Positions 18,798 through 28,314 of a stretch of 64,000 bases of DNA are shown here, one piece after another (position 1 is the first letter of the stretch; every line of letters starts with the position of its first letter). Location: IMG/VR virus record IMGVR_UViG_3300037231_000119, positions 1 to 64,000 of that record; one strand, 5' to 3'. The translations under genes and the position numbers were made by a program. The notes below the pieces were generated by a model. The model was not told the DNA's origin. It saw only the letters and a program-made list of their open reading frames with translations, and searched no databases. The stretch is from a virus.

Positions 18798-21044
18798 TTA
18801 TTGAGAAGTGGGAGGTCCACCAGATCCGGTGGTGGTCTGGTTAGATGGAATTAGAGTGCTAGAAGATCCGTATAGATTCCTTTGCGCCGTATCTATAGCT
18901 GCCGCATTGCCGCCCTTCATGGCTGCTATTAAGGCGTTAACATTGGTAGTAAATATTGCCGTCTGTTTGGCAGTATTTACTATATCGCTCTGCATTTGGG
19001 TAAAAAGTTCATTAGCCATTCTAGACGTTTCGGCAAGAACTTTATTTGATTCATCTCCTGGTCGAACATTCTTATTAGATTCCGCATCTTCTTTTACTTG
19101 CTTCTGAAGAGCGGCCATATCTTGCCCGTTACCGGACGCGGCAGCTCTAGCTACCTGCAATCTAACTTTTTCATTAGCTCCAGAATAGTTGCCTTCCAAC
19201 CCTATTTCACCGGCAGCATTTCCTTCAGCAAGACCTAATTTATTCAACTGCTGACCGTAAAGATCCCCATTGGCCATTGGGCCTGTCACACCTTGTTGAG
19301 CACTCCTCAACCTGGCAACTGCTGCGTCAGTAGTGGGACTAATAAATTGAGATTTACCCAGAGCTTTGCCGTAGCTAGATACGATCTGACCAACGGACAT
19401 ACCGGACCTGGAGGCCATATCCTGAATAACTTGACTGTCTGGATTTACACCTTCTTGGCCCATTAAGGACAGCTTAGCTCTATCCCTTTCACTCAATTGC
19501 CCTAGCACCGCATCCCCTCGCATCTCCGCAGAACGCATAACCGCAGTTGGTCCAGACTGGAGTTTGGATTCACTTTGGTACATCTGGTATGCAGTCTTGC
19601 CAGCTTCCATACTGGCCATGGTATTGGGGCCGCCCATGAACTTGGAAAGCGTTCCCAGTATCTGATCCACACCAGCAGAAGAGGTTGCCGTTGATTGTCC
19701 AATAACACTGGACGCTATTTCTACGAATTTTCTATTCTCTTCTGTGAACTGAGAGCTATTAACACCAATCCTGGTTCCTTCGGCTTGGATGTTAATTAGG
19801 GCCTCTTTACTCATTTGAGAAGAGCCGAGTTGACCCGAAAGTGAGCCTATTGCTTGACCTGCGTTTGTAAGCCCAAACTGTCTTTGCATTTGTAGAGCAA
19901 AAGCGGCATTCCCACCTGAAGCTCGAGTTGAGCCTCCAGCACCCATAATGGCCGAGGACATCCCCATACCTTCTTCATTTTGGAATCCGGCACTGTTGAC
20001 TCCGCCAAGGAAGCCCATCATGCCTTGCTGACTCATTCCCATTTTTCTCTGGAAGTCTAAATCTCTTCTCCAATTTTTAAGATACGTGTTAGCAACTTCG
20101 GTTCTAATTTTACCTTGGGGACCGTTTCTAATTGCCTCTTCTTGTTGGGCTTGAATTTCAGCTTCTTCTCGCCTTCTTTTATTTTCCGATTCTTCATTGG
20201 TACCAGCAGATCCTAAACCAAGATAATTGATCATTTCTTGAGGATGGGTTACGTAACGAAAAGGAGAATTAATGTTGGCATTCTGGGTCTGTCTAGCTAT
20301 CCCAAAAGCTTGCGATCTTTGCTGAGCAAACATCGTATTTTCTAGACCACCGCCAGAAAATGCGCTGCTCAACAATTGACCGGCTTGTCCTTGCATATTG
20401 AAGCCATTGGCGCTTTCAGTTCTAGCCCTATTCTCTGCTTGAGCATAGAACTTTCTGATACCTTCTCCAGCTGCCATTCCAGCTATAGTGGTCGCAAGGG
20501 CTCCAATTGCCATGACAGGAACGCCCATTGCTCCGGCTAACCCCGATAAGGACGTAATGCCTCCCTTAGGCATACCAAAACCTGCAGCGCCTCCAACTCC
20601 AGTTCCACCTCCGGCGCCTCCGCCAGCGCCCATACCAGATGTCTTCTCCAACATCTTCTGCTGTCTTACTAGAGTGTCTTGCTGTTTTAAAAGTACGTTT
20701 CTTTCCGAAATAATACGATTTTTTTCTTTTTCGGTATTGTTGGCTCTCTCATTGTCCAGATTGTTCATCCTGAGGAGTCTAGCGTTGTCTTCCAATCTAC
20801 TTCTAGTAATTCTGAGGGCTTCTTGGTCAGTCTTATTTTTGGATTCCTGCGCTCTCGCAACTTGAGCAGTTTCATGGAACCTTTGTAATCCAGGCATATT
20901 AGAGGCCATGGAGGCTTTTGCAGCAGTAGGGGCGATCTTAAGCTTATCGGCATCCGATTGGATCTTTTTTATGAGATTTCCAAAGGCCCTTTCGATTTCG
21001 CTTGTGTCTGCGCCTATCTTAAGCTGAATTTTTTGATCGGCCAT
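18798..21044 (-). CDS. tape-measure-like tail protein
   Basis: 748 aa, helical, Ala/Gly/Gln/Met-rich, upstream of the hub gene. Confidence 0.65.
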   Translation of the reverse strand: MADQKIQLKIGADTSEIERAFGNLIKKIQSDADKLKIAPTAAKASMASNMPGLQRFHETAQVARAQESKNKTDQEALRITRSRLEDNARLLRMNNLDNERANNTEKEKNRIISERNVLLKQQDTLVRQQKMLEKTSGMGAGGGAGGGTGVGGAAGFGMPKGGITSLSGLAGAMGVPVMAIGALATTIAGMAAGEGIRKFYAQAENRARTESANGFNMQGQAGQLLSSAFSGGGLENTMFAQQRSQAFGIARQTQNANINSPFRYVTHPQEMINYLGLGSAGTNEESENKRRREEAEIQAQQEEAIRNGPQGKIRTEVANTYLKNWRRDLDFQRKMGMSQQGMMGFLGGVNSAGFQNEEGMGMSSAIMGAGGSTRASGGNAAFALQMQRQFGLTNAGQAIGSLSGQLGSSQMSKEALINIQAEGTRIGVNSSQFTEENRKFVEIASSVIGQSTATSSAGVDQILGTLSKFMGGPNTMASMEAGKTAYQMYQSESKLQSGPTAVMRSAEMRGDAVLGQLSERDRAKLSLMGQEGVNPDSQVIQDMASRSGMSVGQIVSSYGKALGKSQFISPTTDAAVARLRSAQQGVTGPMANGDLYGQQLNKLGLAEGNAAGEIGLEGNYSGANEKVRLQVARAAASGNGQDMAALQKQVKEDAESNKNVRPGDESNKVLAETSRMANELFTQMQSDIVNTAKQTAIFTTNVNALIAAMKGGNAAAIDTAQRNLYGSSSTLIPSNQTTTGSGGPPTSQ

Positions 21045-21167
21045 TTTCTTTCCCCAGATCCATTATAAAGCCACTACAGATAAGATTGTCGGTTTGGGCC
21101 TACTCCTCTATATCACCCATTCAATAAATTTCTTGACGAATTCCTTAATTTAAGCTACTTTGGTTAT

Positions 21168-21383
21168 ATGGCAATTAGTAAGAAAAGTAAAAAGAAGACT
21201 GTAAAGAAGAAGATTACCAAAAAGGTCAATAAGGTCGTAGACTTACAAGTACTTCATCTACGGACTCTCATTCAATACTGTTTGGGAGCCATGGACGGAA
21301 GAAGTGCGGTTTTGGACGATATCTTCCAGGTTCAAATAAATCGCCTACTCAACCAAATCGTAGAAATTGAGCAAAAACAATGA
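21168..21383 (+). CDS. small Lys-rich protein
   Basis: Downstream of TTGACG-N17-TACTTT. Confidence 0.6.
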   Translation: MAISKKSKKKTVKKKITKKVNKVVDLQVLHLRTLIQYCLGAMDGRSAVLDDIFQVQINRLLNQIVEIEQKQ

Positions 21384-21555
21384 CTTACCTTAAATCATAC
21401 GCAGAAACTCTCCTCGAGATAGGCAAAATGCTGAGTTTGATCTATATGGTAATGTCCTTTTTTATGGGTTCAGATGGCGCATCGTTCTTCATCTATCTAG
21501 CCATCGTATCTTCGGCGGTTGGTCCAGCGTCTTTATTTCTAGAGAGTGAGCGGAA

Positions 21556-22044
21556 ATGAAACGTCTTATAGTTTTAGGATTCATGCTTTTGTCGGTTAAC
21601 GGTTGGGCTCAGGACGACCAAATTATCGTGGATGGTGGCGTTGGGGTTTTTCATAGTGCTGATAAGGGACTTTCAGAGACTAAGATGATCACAGTCGGGA
21701 TTCAAGAAGATTTGTGGTACGCCCTTAAGATGAGAGGTACCGGGGGCGCTTGGATCGATAACGCTGGAAATGGTCGTACCGGATCCGCTCTAGTTTCGGG
21801 TCAATTGGGATACGAGGTTAATAGTCACGGTCTTATTGGAAGCGTATTTTGCGGTCCCACCCTAATTAGCCACCCTGACCAACAACTTCTTGGCGGCTAT
21901 TTTGAGTTTATGGAAGATCTTCATTTAGGTATACAGGATGAACATGGAAGTTACATTGGTGTAATGTATCGTCACATTTCGGACGCTGGTTTGACCTCTG
22001 TAAATATTGGTAGAGATATCATAGGCTTAGAGATAAGGTGGTAA
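21556..22044 (+). CDS. PagL-like outer-membrane beta-barrel (lipid A 3-O-deacylase family)
   Basis: Signal peptide, alternating beta strands, YRHISDAG..N.G motif resembling PagL HxSNAG, terminal aromatic W. Confidence 0.7.
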   Translation: MKRLIVLGFMLLSVNGWAQDDQIIVDGGVGVFHSADKGLSETKMITVGIQEDLWYALKMRGTGGAWIDNAGNGRTGSALVSGQLGYEVNSHGLIGSVFCGPTLISHPDQQLLGGYFEFMEDLHLGIQDEHGSYIGVMYRHISDAGLTSVNIGRDIIGLEIRW

Positions 22045-22047
22045 TAT

Positions 22048-22539
22048 ATGAAAGTAAAATTTAAGAAGTTACACGATCTAGCCGTTCTTCCCTCGTATGC
22101 TAAACCTGGCGACGCGGGAATGGACATTACGACTATAGAAGATGGCTCAATGATTAGATCTGAAAATGGTCAAGATCTCTGGTATTATGTTCGCTACAAA
22201 ACGGGATTGGCTGTCGAGATTCCGGAGGGTTTTGTTGGACTGCTATTTCCAAGATCGTCTATTAGTAAGTATGCTTTATTTTCCTCAAATGCGGTTGCCG
22301 TGATCGATAGCGGATATCGTGGGGAAATGGAATGCAGATTTAAGATAGATGCGGGAATTGTCTCCGATTCTAGATTCTGTATGCCCAATCCAGCAGTTTA
22401 TAAGAAGGGCGATCGTATTGGCCAATTGGTAATTCTACCGTATCCGATTATTGAGCCTGAGTTTGTGGACGAACTTTCTACAAGCGAGCGTGGTACTGGT
22501 GGTTTCGGTAGCAGTAATATTAAGAAGGAGTCGGTATGA
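22048..22539 (+). CDS. dut: trimeric dUTPase
   Basis: AGMDI, PRSS, VIDSGYRGE, RIGQL and RGTGGFGS motifs. Confidence 0.97.
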   Translation: MKVKFKKLHDLAVLPSYAKPGDAGMDITTIEDGSMIRSENGQDLWYYVRYKTGLAVEIPEGFVGLLFPRSSISKYALFSSNAVAVIDSGYRGEMECRFKIDAGIVSDSRFCMPNPAVYKKGDRIGQLVILPYPIIEPEFVDELSTSERGTGGFGSSNIKKESV

Positions 22540-22928
22540 ATAGAAATCTAATTACTGTCGATATGATTAAGGGAAAGAAGAATAGGTTTAAGGTCGGTCA
22601 GAAGGTTAAGGCCAAGCTAAATCTAGCTAAAGAACACGTTGAACATCTGGTGTCATTCTACGGCGTTAAATTTGGTGAAAACATAGGAAAAGAGATTCGC
22701 GAACAGGATCTAGAAGAAGTCTACAATTGGATCGGATCATACCTTTCAAAAAATCCACCCGTGGGCGTAGTTTCTTCATATGGTGAGCATGAAATGGATG
22801 AGGATTACGCATTCAATGATAAGAAATTCGTATGGGTAGAGTTTAAATTTAAGAGTGGTTTTAAGTTGGGAACCTACGTATCAGAGAAATATCTGACGGC
22901 CGTAAAGACTAAATCTCGAAAGAAATAG
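22536..22928 (+). CDS. hypothetical protein
   Basis: AAGGAG SD, ATGA overlap with dut. Confidence 0.7.
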   Translation: MNRNLITVDMIKGKKNRFKVGQKVKAKLNLAKEHVEHLVSFYGVKFGENIGKEIREQDLEEVYNWIGSYLSKNPPVGVVSSYGEHEMDEDYAFNDKKFVWVEFKFKSGFKLGTYVSEKYLTAVKTKSRKK

Positions 22929-23568
22929 GTGCGTTAACGGGCCTGTAATTTTCGTCGCAAATACTGGCATTCACGAAAAGGATGTTGTCCTCTTTGTGGG
23001 TGCCGTACGATTCGTGAATATGGCCAAAAATATGAGCGCTGGGCTTAACTTCAAGAACCTTCTTTAGAAGTTGTGGGCATCCAACGTGCCTAACGCCCAT
23101 TTCTCCCTTAGCACCATCATATTCTGGGAACCAATCCAAAATATATTTCGGAGGACCATGGGTTACCAGGATGTCGATGTTATCGGGAATTCTATCCCAG
23201 TGTTTCTGGATTTCTTCGCCGGGATAGCGGTTCCAAGCCCAATCACAGAAAAAGGGGGTAATTGCGGATGTCCAAATTCTTAGGCCTTCGATCTCAACAA
23301 GTCCTTCATCCATAAAATGGACTCTGGGACAAGCCTCTTCAGCTATCTGTTTAGATAGGGAGAAGTTCTTTTCGACCTGCTTTTCGTGATTACCGTTTAA
23401 AGAAATTATATTCCTTGCGGGCTGCTTGTTTAACCACTTATGAAAGTCTTTAACGACATGCGGCTCGCCTCGGAAACTGTAGTCCCCTGCAGAAATGAGT
23501 ATGTCACACTCTGGAATAATGAGCTTGTTCCACTTGCAGTGAGTATCCGATATTGCACAAATTTTCAT
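22909..23568 (-). CDS. calcineurin-like metallophosphoesterase
   Basis: SDTH, AGD, GNHE, THGPP and FGHIHE motifs. Confidence 0.93.
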   Translation of the reverse strand: MKICAISDTHCKWNKLIIPECDILISAGDYSFRGEPHVVKDFHKWLNKQPARNIISLNGNHEKQVEKNFSLSKQIAEEACPRVHFMDEGLVEIEGLRIWTSAITPFFCDWAWNRYPGEEIQKHWDRIPDNIDILVTHGPPKYILDWFPEYDGAKGEMGVRHVGCPQLLKKVLEVKPSAHIFGHIHESYGTHKEDNILFVNASICDENYRPVNAPISFEI

Positions 23569-23584
23569 AAATTATTCCTAAAAA

Positions 23585-23651
23585 TGGGTGAGGAATTGAG
23601 CCTCATTCTCCTAGTAACAAGCTAGGGCTTCATCCTATTAAAAGCTTCCCA
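23585..23651 (-). ncRNA. degenerate tRNA-like cloverleaf (TGT in the anticodon position, short acceptor stem)
   Basis: TGGG-AA-GCTT[TTAATAGGATG]AAGC-CCTAG[CTTGTTA]CTAGG-AGAA-TGAGG[CTCAATT]CCTCA-CCCA. Confidence 0.6.
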
Positions 23652-23659
23652 AAAACTAA

Positions 23660-23866
23660 CTAACGTTTCCTATTGGCGTCGAAAATCTTGGGTACTTTTT
23701 CTGCAGCCATTTGCATGTCAAGATCTCCAGGATAGTGTTTTAAGCAATTATATGCGCGTTTGCGAATACTGGAATGTATTCGCGGAGTTTTCTTCGGATC
23801 GAGAAGGTCCCTCATAAACTCTCTGGCGTATTCTACGGCCCTATATTTCTCGTCTGGTAAACTCAT
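23660..23866 (-). CDS. conserved-looking small phage protein
   Basis: 'MSLPDEKYRAV...PKKTPRI..IRKRAY.CLKHYP'; AAGGAGG SD. Confidence 0.75.
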   Translation of the reverse strand: MSLPDEKYRAVEYAREFMRDLLDPKKTPRIHSSIRKRAYNCLKHYPGDLDMQMAAEKVPKIFDANRKR

Positions 23867-24138
23867 CCAATCCTCCTTAGCCCAAAATCTGGCATATTCT
23901 CTGGGGCACCTTTAATCGTACTGTATCCATAAAACTTTATCAATCTCTTAATCATTACAACCAGTTCTGGCGTAAAACCGATCTCTTCAGCCAAATAGAA
24001 CCCCAAAACTACATTCGCCGTATGAATCGCTGGTGAGGTCACACAAATGATCTCCAATACGTCCTTAACCGTAGCTATATCATACGCCCTAATAATTTCT
24101 TTCTTCTGCACTCTATACGAATCTAGATCTATAAGCAT
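23863..24138 (-). CDS. hypothetical protein
   Basis: Overlaps the next gene; sigma70-like promoter upstream. Confidence 0.65.
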   Translation of the reverse strand: MLIDLDSYRVQKKEIIRAYDIATVKDVLEIICVTSPAIHTANVVLGFYLAEEIGFTPELVVMIKRLIKFYGYSTIKGAPENMPDFGLRRIG

Positions 24139-24292
24139 TATATCATACTACCTTGGATTGAGCAGTTCGTCAAGCCCAATAGGATGAATTATGACTGGAT
24201 TGTCAATTATGGCGTAGTAACTATGGTACAGAACAAGGCCTAAAAGGAGTGCCCAGACTAAAAATACGAAAATGATGGGTTTTGTATTGGAA

Positions 24293-25229
24293 CTATTCAT
24301 CTTTTTGCTCTTCGACTTCTTCACCTAAAGCTTCAAATAGTTTATGTAGGTGAATTTCACTATCATCAATAATATACTCCCTAAAATTGCTACGAGCTTC
24401 TTCAGTTGTAAGTCTTCCTAACGACCATTCTTTACATATGATGCAGATAAATAACTCCTTAAAAATCCCAATTTTTCTTATCGTCTGGAAAGTCTGGACT
24501 TCCCTCGTAAGTATCGATCTTTGTTCTCTGTAGGTCAACTACTTTTATATTTGTATCCTTGCACTTCGAACACTGGGAATCGTCCTTACCGATATAGTTA
24601 GTTTCCCAAGAAAAGTTACAATACCAACAAGTTAGCTCAAACTTGTTCATTATCGAAACCAAAAGAAAGAATAAGTTCCCACCCTAGAGTGTCCCTTAAT
24701 TGACAGACTAAGAGGCAAAACTCGGAGTCATTCTTCATTTGAACCAAAATAGGTGCCATGAAGTATCCAGGACATAACTCTTCGGCCTTCTTAAGAAGCT
24801 TATCGCCCTCTTCTTCCATATGGACTTCATACCAATCATGAGCTAGGCAAACCATAGCCTTGGCCACCGTTAGTGGGGGTAATACAGACTTACGGTCATT
24901 AAGCCACGCCTGTAAAAGCAGGATCTCACTAATGATTCTACGATCCTTATCTGGAATATCCCCATAAGGCGTCATGACAGTTCGATAGTCTCTGAAAGAA
25001 ACTTGATTTTGCCATGCACGTCTTGTACCAAGTAATCAATCCAGCTTCCGGTATTTTGGGCAAGATGGTCTGGCCATTTGGCCTGGAAGAGCTTAATGAA
25101 TGTATTGGCGTGTTTGAGACTCGAGAACTTTTTGATCTTTGGTTCACAGTTGAGAACATACATGAGAAGATGGTAACTCTTAGTCTTATTGGCAGTTTTC
25201 TTATTTGTAGTCTTTTTCATAATCCACAC
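24293..25229 (-). other. run of four small overlapping hypothetical CDSs (24293-24538, 24459-24662, 24637-24975, 24972-25229; starts approximate)
   Basis: Head-to-tail ORFs; the 24459 ORF has two CxxC pairs. Confidence 0.6.
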
Positions 25230-26842
25230 ACTCCATTAATGCATTCGCGTTCTTGTTCCTCAAAGACCTTACCTTCATCTGCCAAAGCCTCTTCGAGACT
25301 AACTCTGGTCAGTGGCTGCCCACCTCTAGAACCATCGGGATAAACAGTGAACCCCCTTAGACGCTTTGCATATTTAAGTAGAGTGTCTGCATTTTTTTCG
25401 TAATTAGATTCATTGTTTTCTTTAGATCCCCAGCTTTCCATATTGCAGGTACTGGAAATCGACATATCAACATAATTCTGAACATCGGCTTGGAACTTCA
25501 CTCGCTGTTTAAAGGTTAGGTCCCCAGAGTCTTTAATGTTTTCGAGCTTGACTCCTTGTTCGAGAAGTCTCTTGACGGATCCATCAACCACATACTGGAA
25601 CATCCACTTACCGTCTTTGAAATAGCGCCTCTTGTAGGCCTTGCAAAATAGTGGCTCAATGCCGGTAGTGCTCTCTGCTATGATCCCAATGGTGCCCGTG
25701 GGGGCAATCGCCCTAACACCCTTGGGAACGGAGACTCCTAGCTGTTTAGCGCCCATAAATGCGGCAGAGTCGCTCTCTTGTTCATATATTGATAGGAACT
25801 TGTGGAGTTCTGGGGTTACTTCGTAGTTTTGACCTTTTGCCATCAACCATTCATGAATTCCACCGAGGCCGAGTCCAATACGATTATTCTTGATCCCTAC
25901 TTCCTTGATTTTAGGGGTAGGAATATCGCTATAAATACCTCCACAAAGAAGGAAAAGTGTCGCGTACTTGGTAGATTCGGCCAGATCTTTCTTATCTTTC
26001 ATCCGATTAAGCCAAAGAGTTCCTAAGTTGCACTTATCTGAATCATCTTCGCTCGTTACTTCACAGCATGCGTTTCGCAAACTCTCGTTATCCTTACGAA
26101 AATTGAAGCTCATTCCTGGTTCTGCAGTAGAGAAGGCCTGTTTGCAGTTCTCAAGCCAAACTTTAGAGGCAAGTTCGTGTTTGGGATGGTCAGAATTTTC
26201 AATCGCAATGAAAAATTCCGTATCGTAAATAACTGAAATATTGGTTAGCTCCATAGCAACTGGAAATGTGAAGTCGTTGAGTTTAGCGGCTTTGATTTCT
26301 GGAGAATAGTCCTTGAAATGAATAAATTTGAAAACATCGGGATGCGACCAAGAAAGTCCGGCCCAAATTGCCGAGCGTCTTTGTCCACCCTGCATAATAA
26401 ATCTACCAGATTCGTTCGTCATTTGCATCAAAGCTAGGGGCCCCGTAGACTTACCGCCCGTACGACGAATAATCGCACCCTCTTCCCTAAGTCTAGTGTA
26501 GTCTACTCCAATGCCGCCCCCAGTCATAAGGGAGGCCGTAGTCTTATGCATAAGCTCTGCCCAGGATTCACGACTATCTTCGGCACGGAAGAGAAAACAA
26601 TTATTTACCTGATGAAACTCCCTACCGGCAGAATAAAGATACCGGCCACCGGGAATAAACTTTCTTTCTAAGATAGTATTGTAGATTTTTTCCTTAGTTT
26701 TTGTATCCAGAAGCTGCGAACAAACGGCCTCGGTAACTCGCTTGGCCGTATCTGCCCATGTTTCTATTCCGTCTTTGGAATATTTCTGGATATAAATGTC
26801 ATGTGGGAACTTGCTGGAAAATACGTCGAACTCTTTTTTCAT
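25217..26842 (-). CDS. nrdJ: compact ribonucleotide reductase, class II-like
   Basis: FIPGGR, NNCF, GGGIG, RRSA, NACCE (NPCxE-equivalent), CNLG, IAPTGT, C-terminal CxxxxC. No beta subunit seen in the window. Confidence 0.85.
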   Translation of the reverse strand: MKKEFDVFSSKFPHDIYIQKYSKDGIETWADTAKRVTEAVCSQLLDTKTKEKIYNTILERKFIPGGRYLYSAGREFHQVNNCFLFRAEDSRESWAELMHKTTASLMTGGGIGVDYTRLREEGAIIRRTGGKSTGPLALMQMTNESGRFIMQGGQRRSAIWAGLSWSHPDVFKFIHFKDYSPEIKAAKLNDFTFPVAMELTNISVIYDTEFFIAIENSDHPKHELASKVWLENCKQAFSTAEPGMSFNFRKDNESLRNACCEVTSEDDSDKCNLGTLWLNRMKDKKDLAESTKYATLFLLCGGIYSDIPTPKIKEVGIKNNRIGLGLGGIHEWLMAKGQNYEVTPELHKFLSIYEQESDSAAFMGAKQLGVSVPKGVRAIAPTGTIGIIAESTTGIEPLFCKAYKRRYFKDGKWMFQYVVDGSVKRLLEQGVKLENIKDSGDLTFKQRVKFQADVQNYVDMSISSTCNMESWGSKENNESNYEKNADTLLKYAKRLRGFTVYPDGSRGGQPLTRVSLEEALADEGKVFEEQERECINGVCGL

Positions 26843-27165
26843 TGGACTTCCTTTTTAGTAATCTGCTGTAGTTCTTCTTTCAACTTTAAGCCATTTGCCT
26901 TCATCTGTCTATCAAAATAAACGGTCATGAAGGCACAATTTACAAAGGCCGAAACGAAACAAAACCATTCCCAAGTGCTATCATCAACATCTTCCATGAT
27001 TTTGTGGCCTAGGAGCTGGCTGATAAAATTAACTAGGAATAGGCCACCAATAAGCTTAGCAACCGCAAGAAACATACCAAGTCTTGATTTGGACATGGCC
27101 TTCTTGGCTTTGGCTTGTTGTTCTGGGGTAAGCTCATTCCAATTTTTGAGATCGTCGTCATTCAT
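26839..27165 (-). CDS. membrane protein (2 TM)
   Basis: Two hydrophobic segments. Confidence 0.7.
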   Translation of the reverse strand: MNDDDLKNWNELTPEQQAKAKKAMSKSRLGMFLAVAKLIGGLFLVNFISQLLGHKIMEDVDDSTWEWFCFVSAFVNCAFMTVYFDRQMKANGLKLKEELQQITKKEVQ

Positions 27166-27451
27166 CGGAATATTCCTTCTTTAGGTCAGCAACCAGTTTA
27201 TCTAGAGCTTCCTGGCCGTTATATACGGCGTACCAGTCCATCATAGTTACCAGATTGGCCACTGCGCTCTCTTGGGAGAATAGGATCTCGGTTGCCTTTT
27301 CTTGGTGTGGCGCCTTCTCATAAACGGTCAACATATCGGAAGTCGTAGAATACTCCCAGAAGAAATCGACATTGGCCCACTTAGCACCATAGCATCCGGG
27401 AGGATAGGTCTCTAGCTTGAATTGATAAATTTTGCCCTTCCATGTAGCCAT
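27158..27451 (-). CDS. hypothetical protein
   Basis: Packed ORF. Confidence 0.65.
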   Translation of the reverse strand: MATWKGKIYQFKLETYPPGCYGAKWANVDFFWEYSTTSDMLTVYEKAPHQEKATEILFSQESAVANLVTMMDWYAVYNGQEALDKLVADLKKEYSDE

Positions 27452-27454
27452 AGT

Positions 27455-27691
27455 TTAATCCCACCAATTTCTGAGATGTCCATTAACATCTTCTTTCGAT
27501 TTCAAAAATACAGGGGATTCTTGATCTCCAACTTGTTCGCCACTATGATTAATGCAGCGCTTATCGGCACAATAATACCAATAATCACAGTATTTTTCGG
27601 TGGGCTGTGTAACAACCACAAATCCGTCACACTCTTCACAGATGCCGAATTTACATATCCAACTTAATTTCTTCATTGCCTTCAATCCCAC
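27455..27691 (-). CDS. Cys-rich hypothetical protein
   Basis: Packed ORF; ends RNWWD like the upstream gene. Confidence 0.6.
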   Translation of the reverse strand: MGLKAMKKLSWICKFGICEECDGFVVVTQPTEKYCDYWYYCADKRCINHSGEQVGDQESPVFLKSKEDVNGHLRNWWD

Positions 27692-28314
27692 CAGTTACGC
27701 ATATACTTATGCAGAATGTCAAACATCCATTTCTCTTCCCTTTTGGTCTTCTTATCTGTAGCCGCATAGGAAGCTAGACGGTCCGCCAAACACTGAACTT
27801 CGTCTTCAGGAGTCTTTATATTGGCATAAGTTGAATGCCATTGGGAGTTTCCCTTATCCCCATAAGGAGTTGTCCAATGCCTATACTTACCCCACTTTTT
27901 CTCAATGCGATCGAACGCCACTGAGTCGTAGTTATCGTCTTTAAGTCTGCCTGAAAGCTTAATGGCTAAATCCAAAGCTTTCAAGTCCTTGGGGTCATGG
28001 ATGGAATGACCATTATCTAGACAAACTTTGATTCGTTTAAGCTTATATTCGATAATGGCAAACATGGAATGGCCATCAAAATCAAAGTCGTTATGGAATA
28101 CATTTACGTACCACTGATACAATCTCTTGGCCTGGAAAATAGGGTTTCCGAAGTATTTCCAAGTGAGGTCGTAATACCAATCGGCTACAGGAGTTTGGAT
28201 CCACCAAAGATAGAGCTTTGAGGAGGGTTTGGAATGCGTAGGGTCTTTAAGGGCTTTGGATTGAAACATTTTATTTCCTAACCTAGAACTTCTTCTATCA
28301 GACGTTTTACCCAA
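27682..28314 (-). CDS. hypothetical phage protein
   Basis: 210-aa ORF; true start may be internal. Confidence 0.7.
   Translation of the reverse strand: MGKTSDRRSSRLGNKMFQSKALKDPTHSKPSSKLYLWWIQTPVADWYYDLTWKYFGNPIFQAKRLYQWYVNVFHNDFDFDGHSMFAIIEYKLKRIKVCLDNGHSIHDPKDLKALDLAIKLSGRLKDDNYDSVAFDRIEKKWGKYRHWTTPYGDKGNSQWHSTYANIKTPEDEVQCLADRLASYAATDKKTKREEKWMFDILHKYMRNWWD

Noticed and set aside
3305-21000. Many plus-strand ORFs within the tail module (except 14281..15219)
   Set aside because: Antisense shadows of long structural genes
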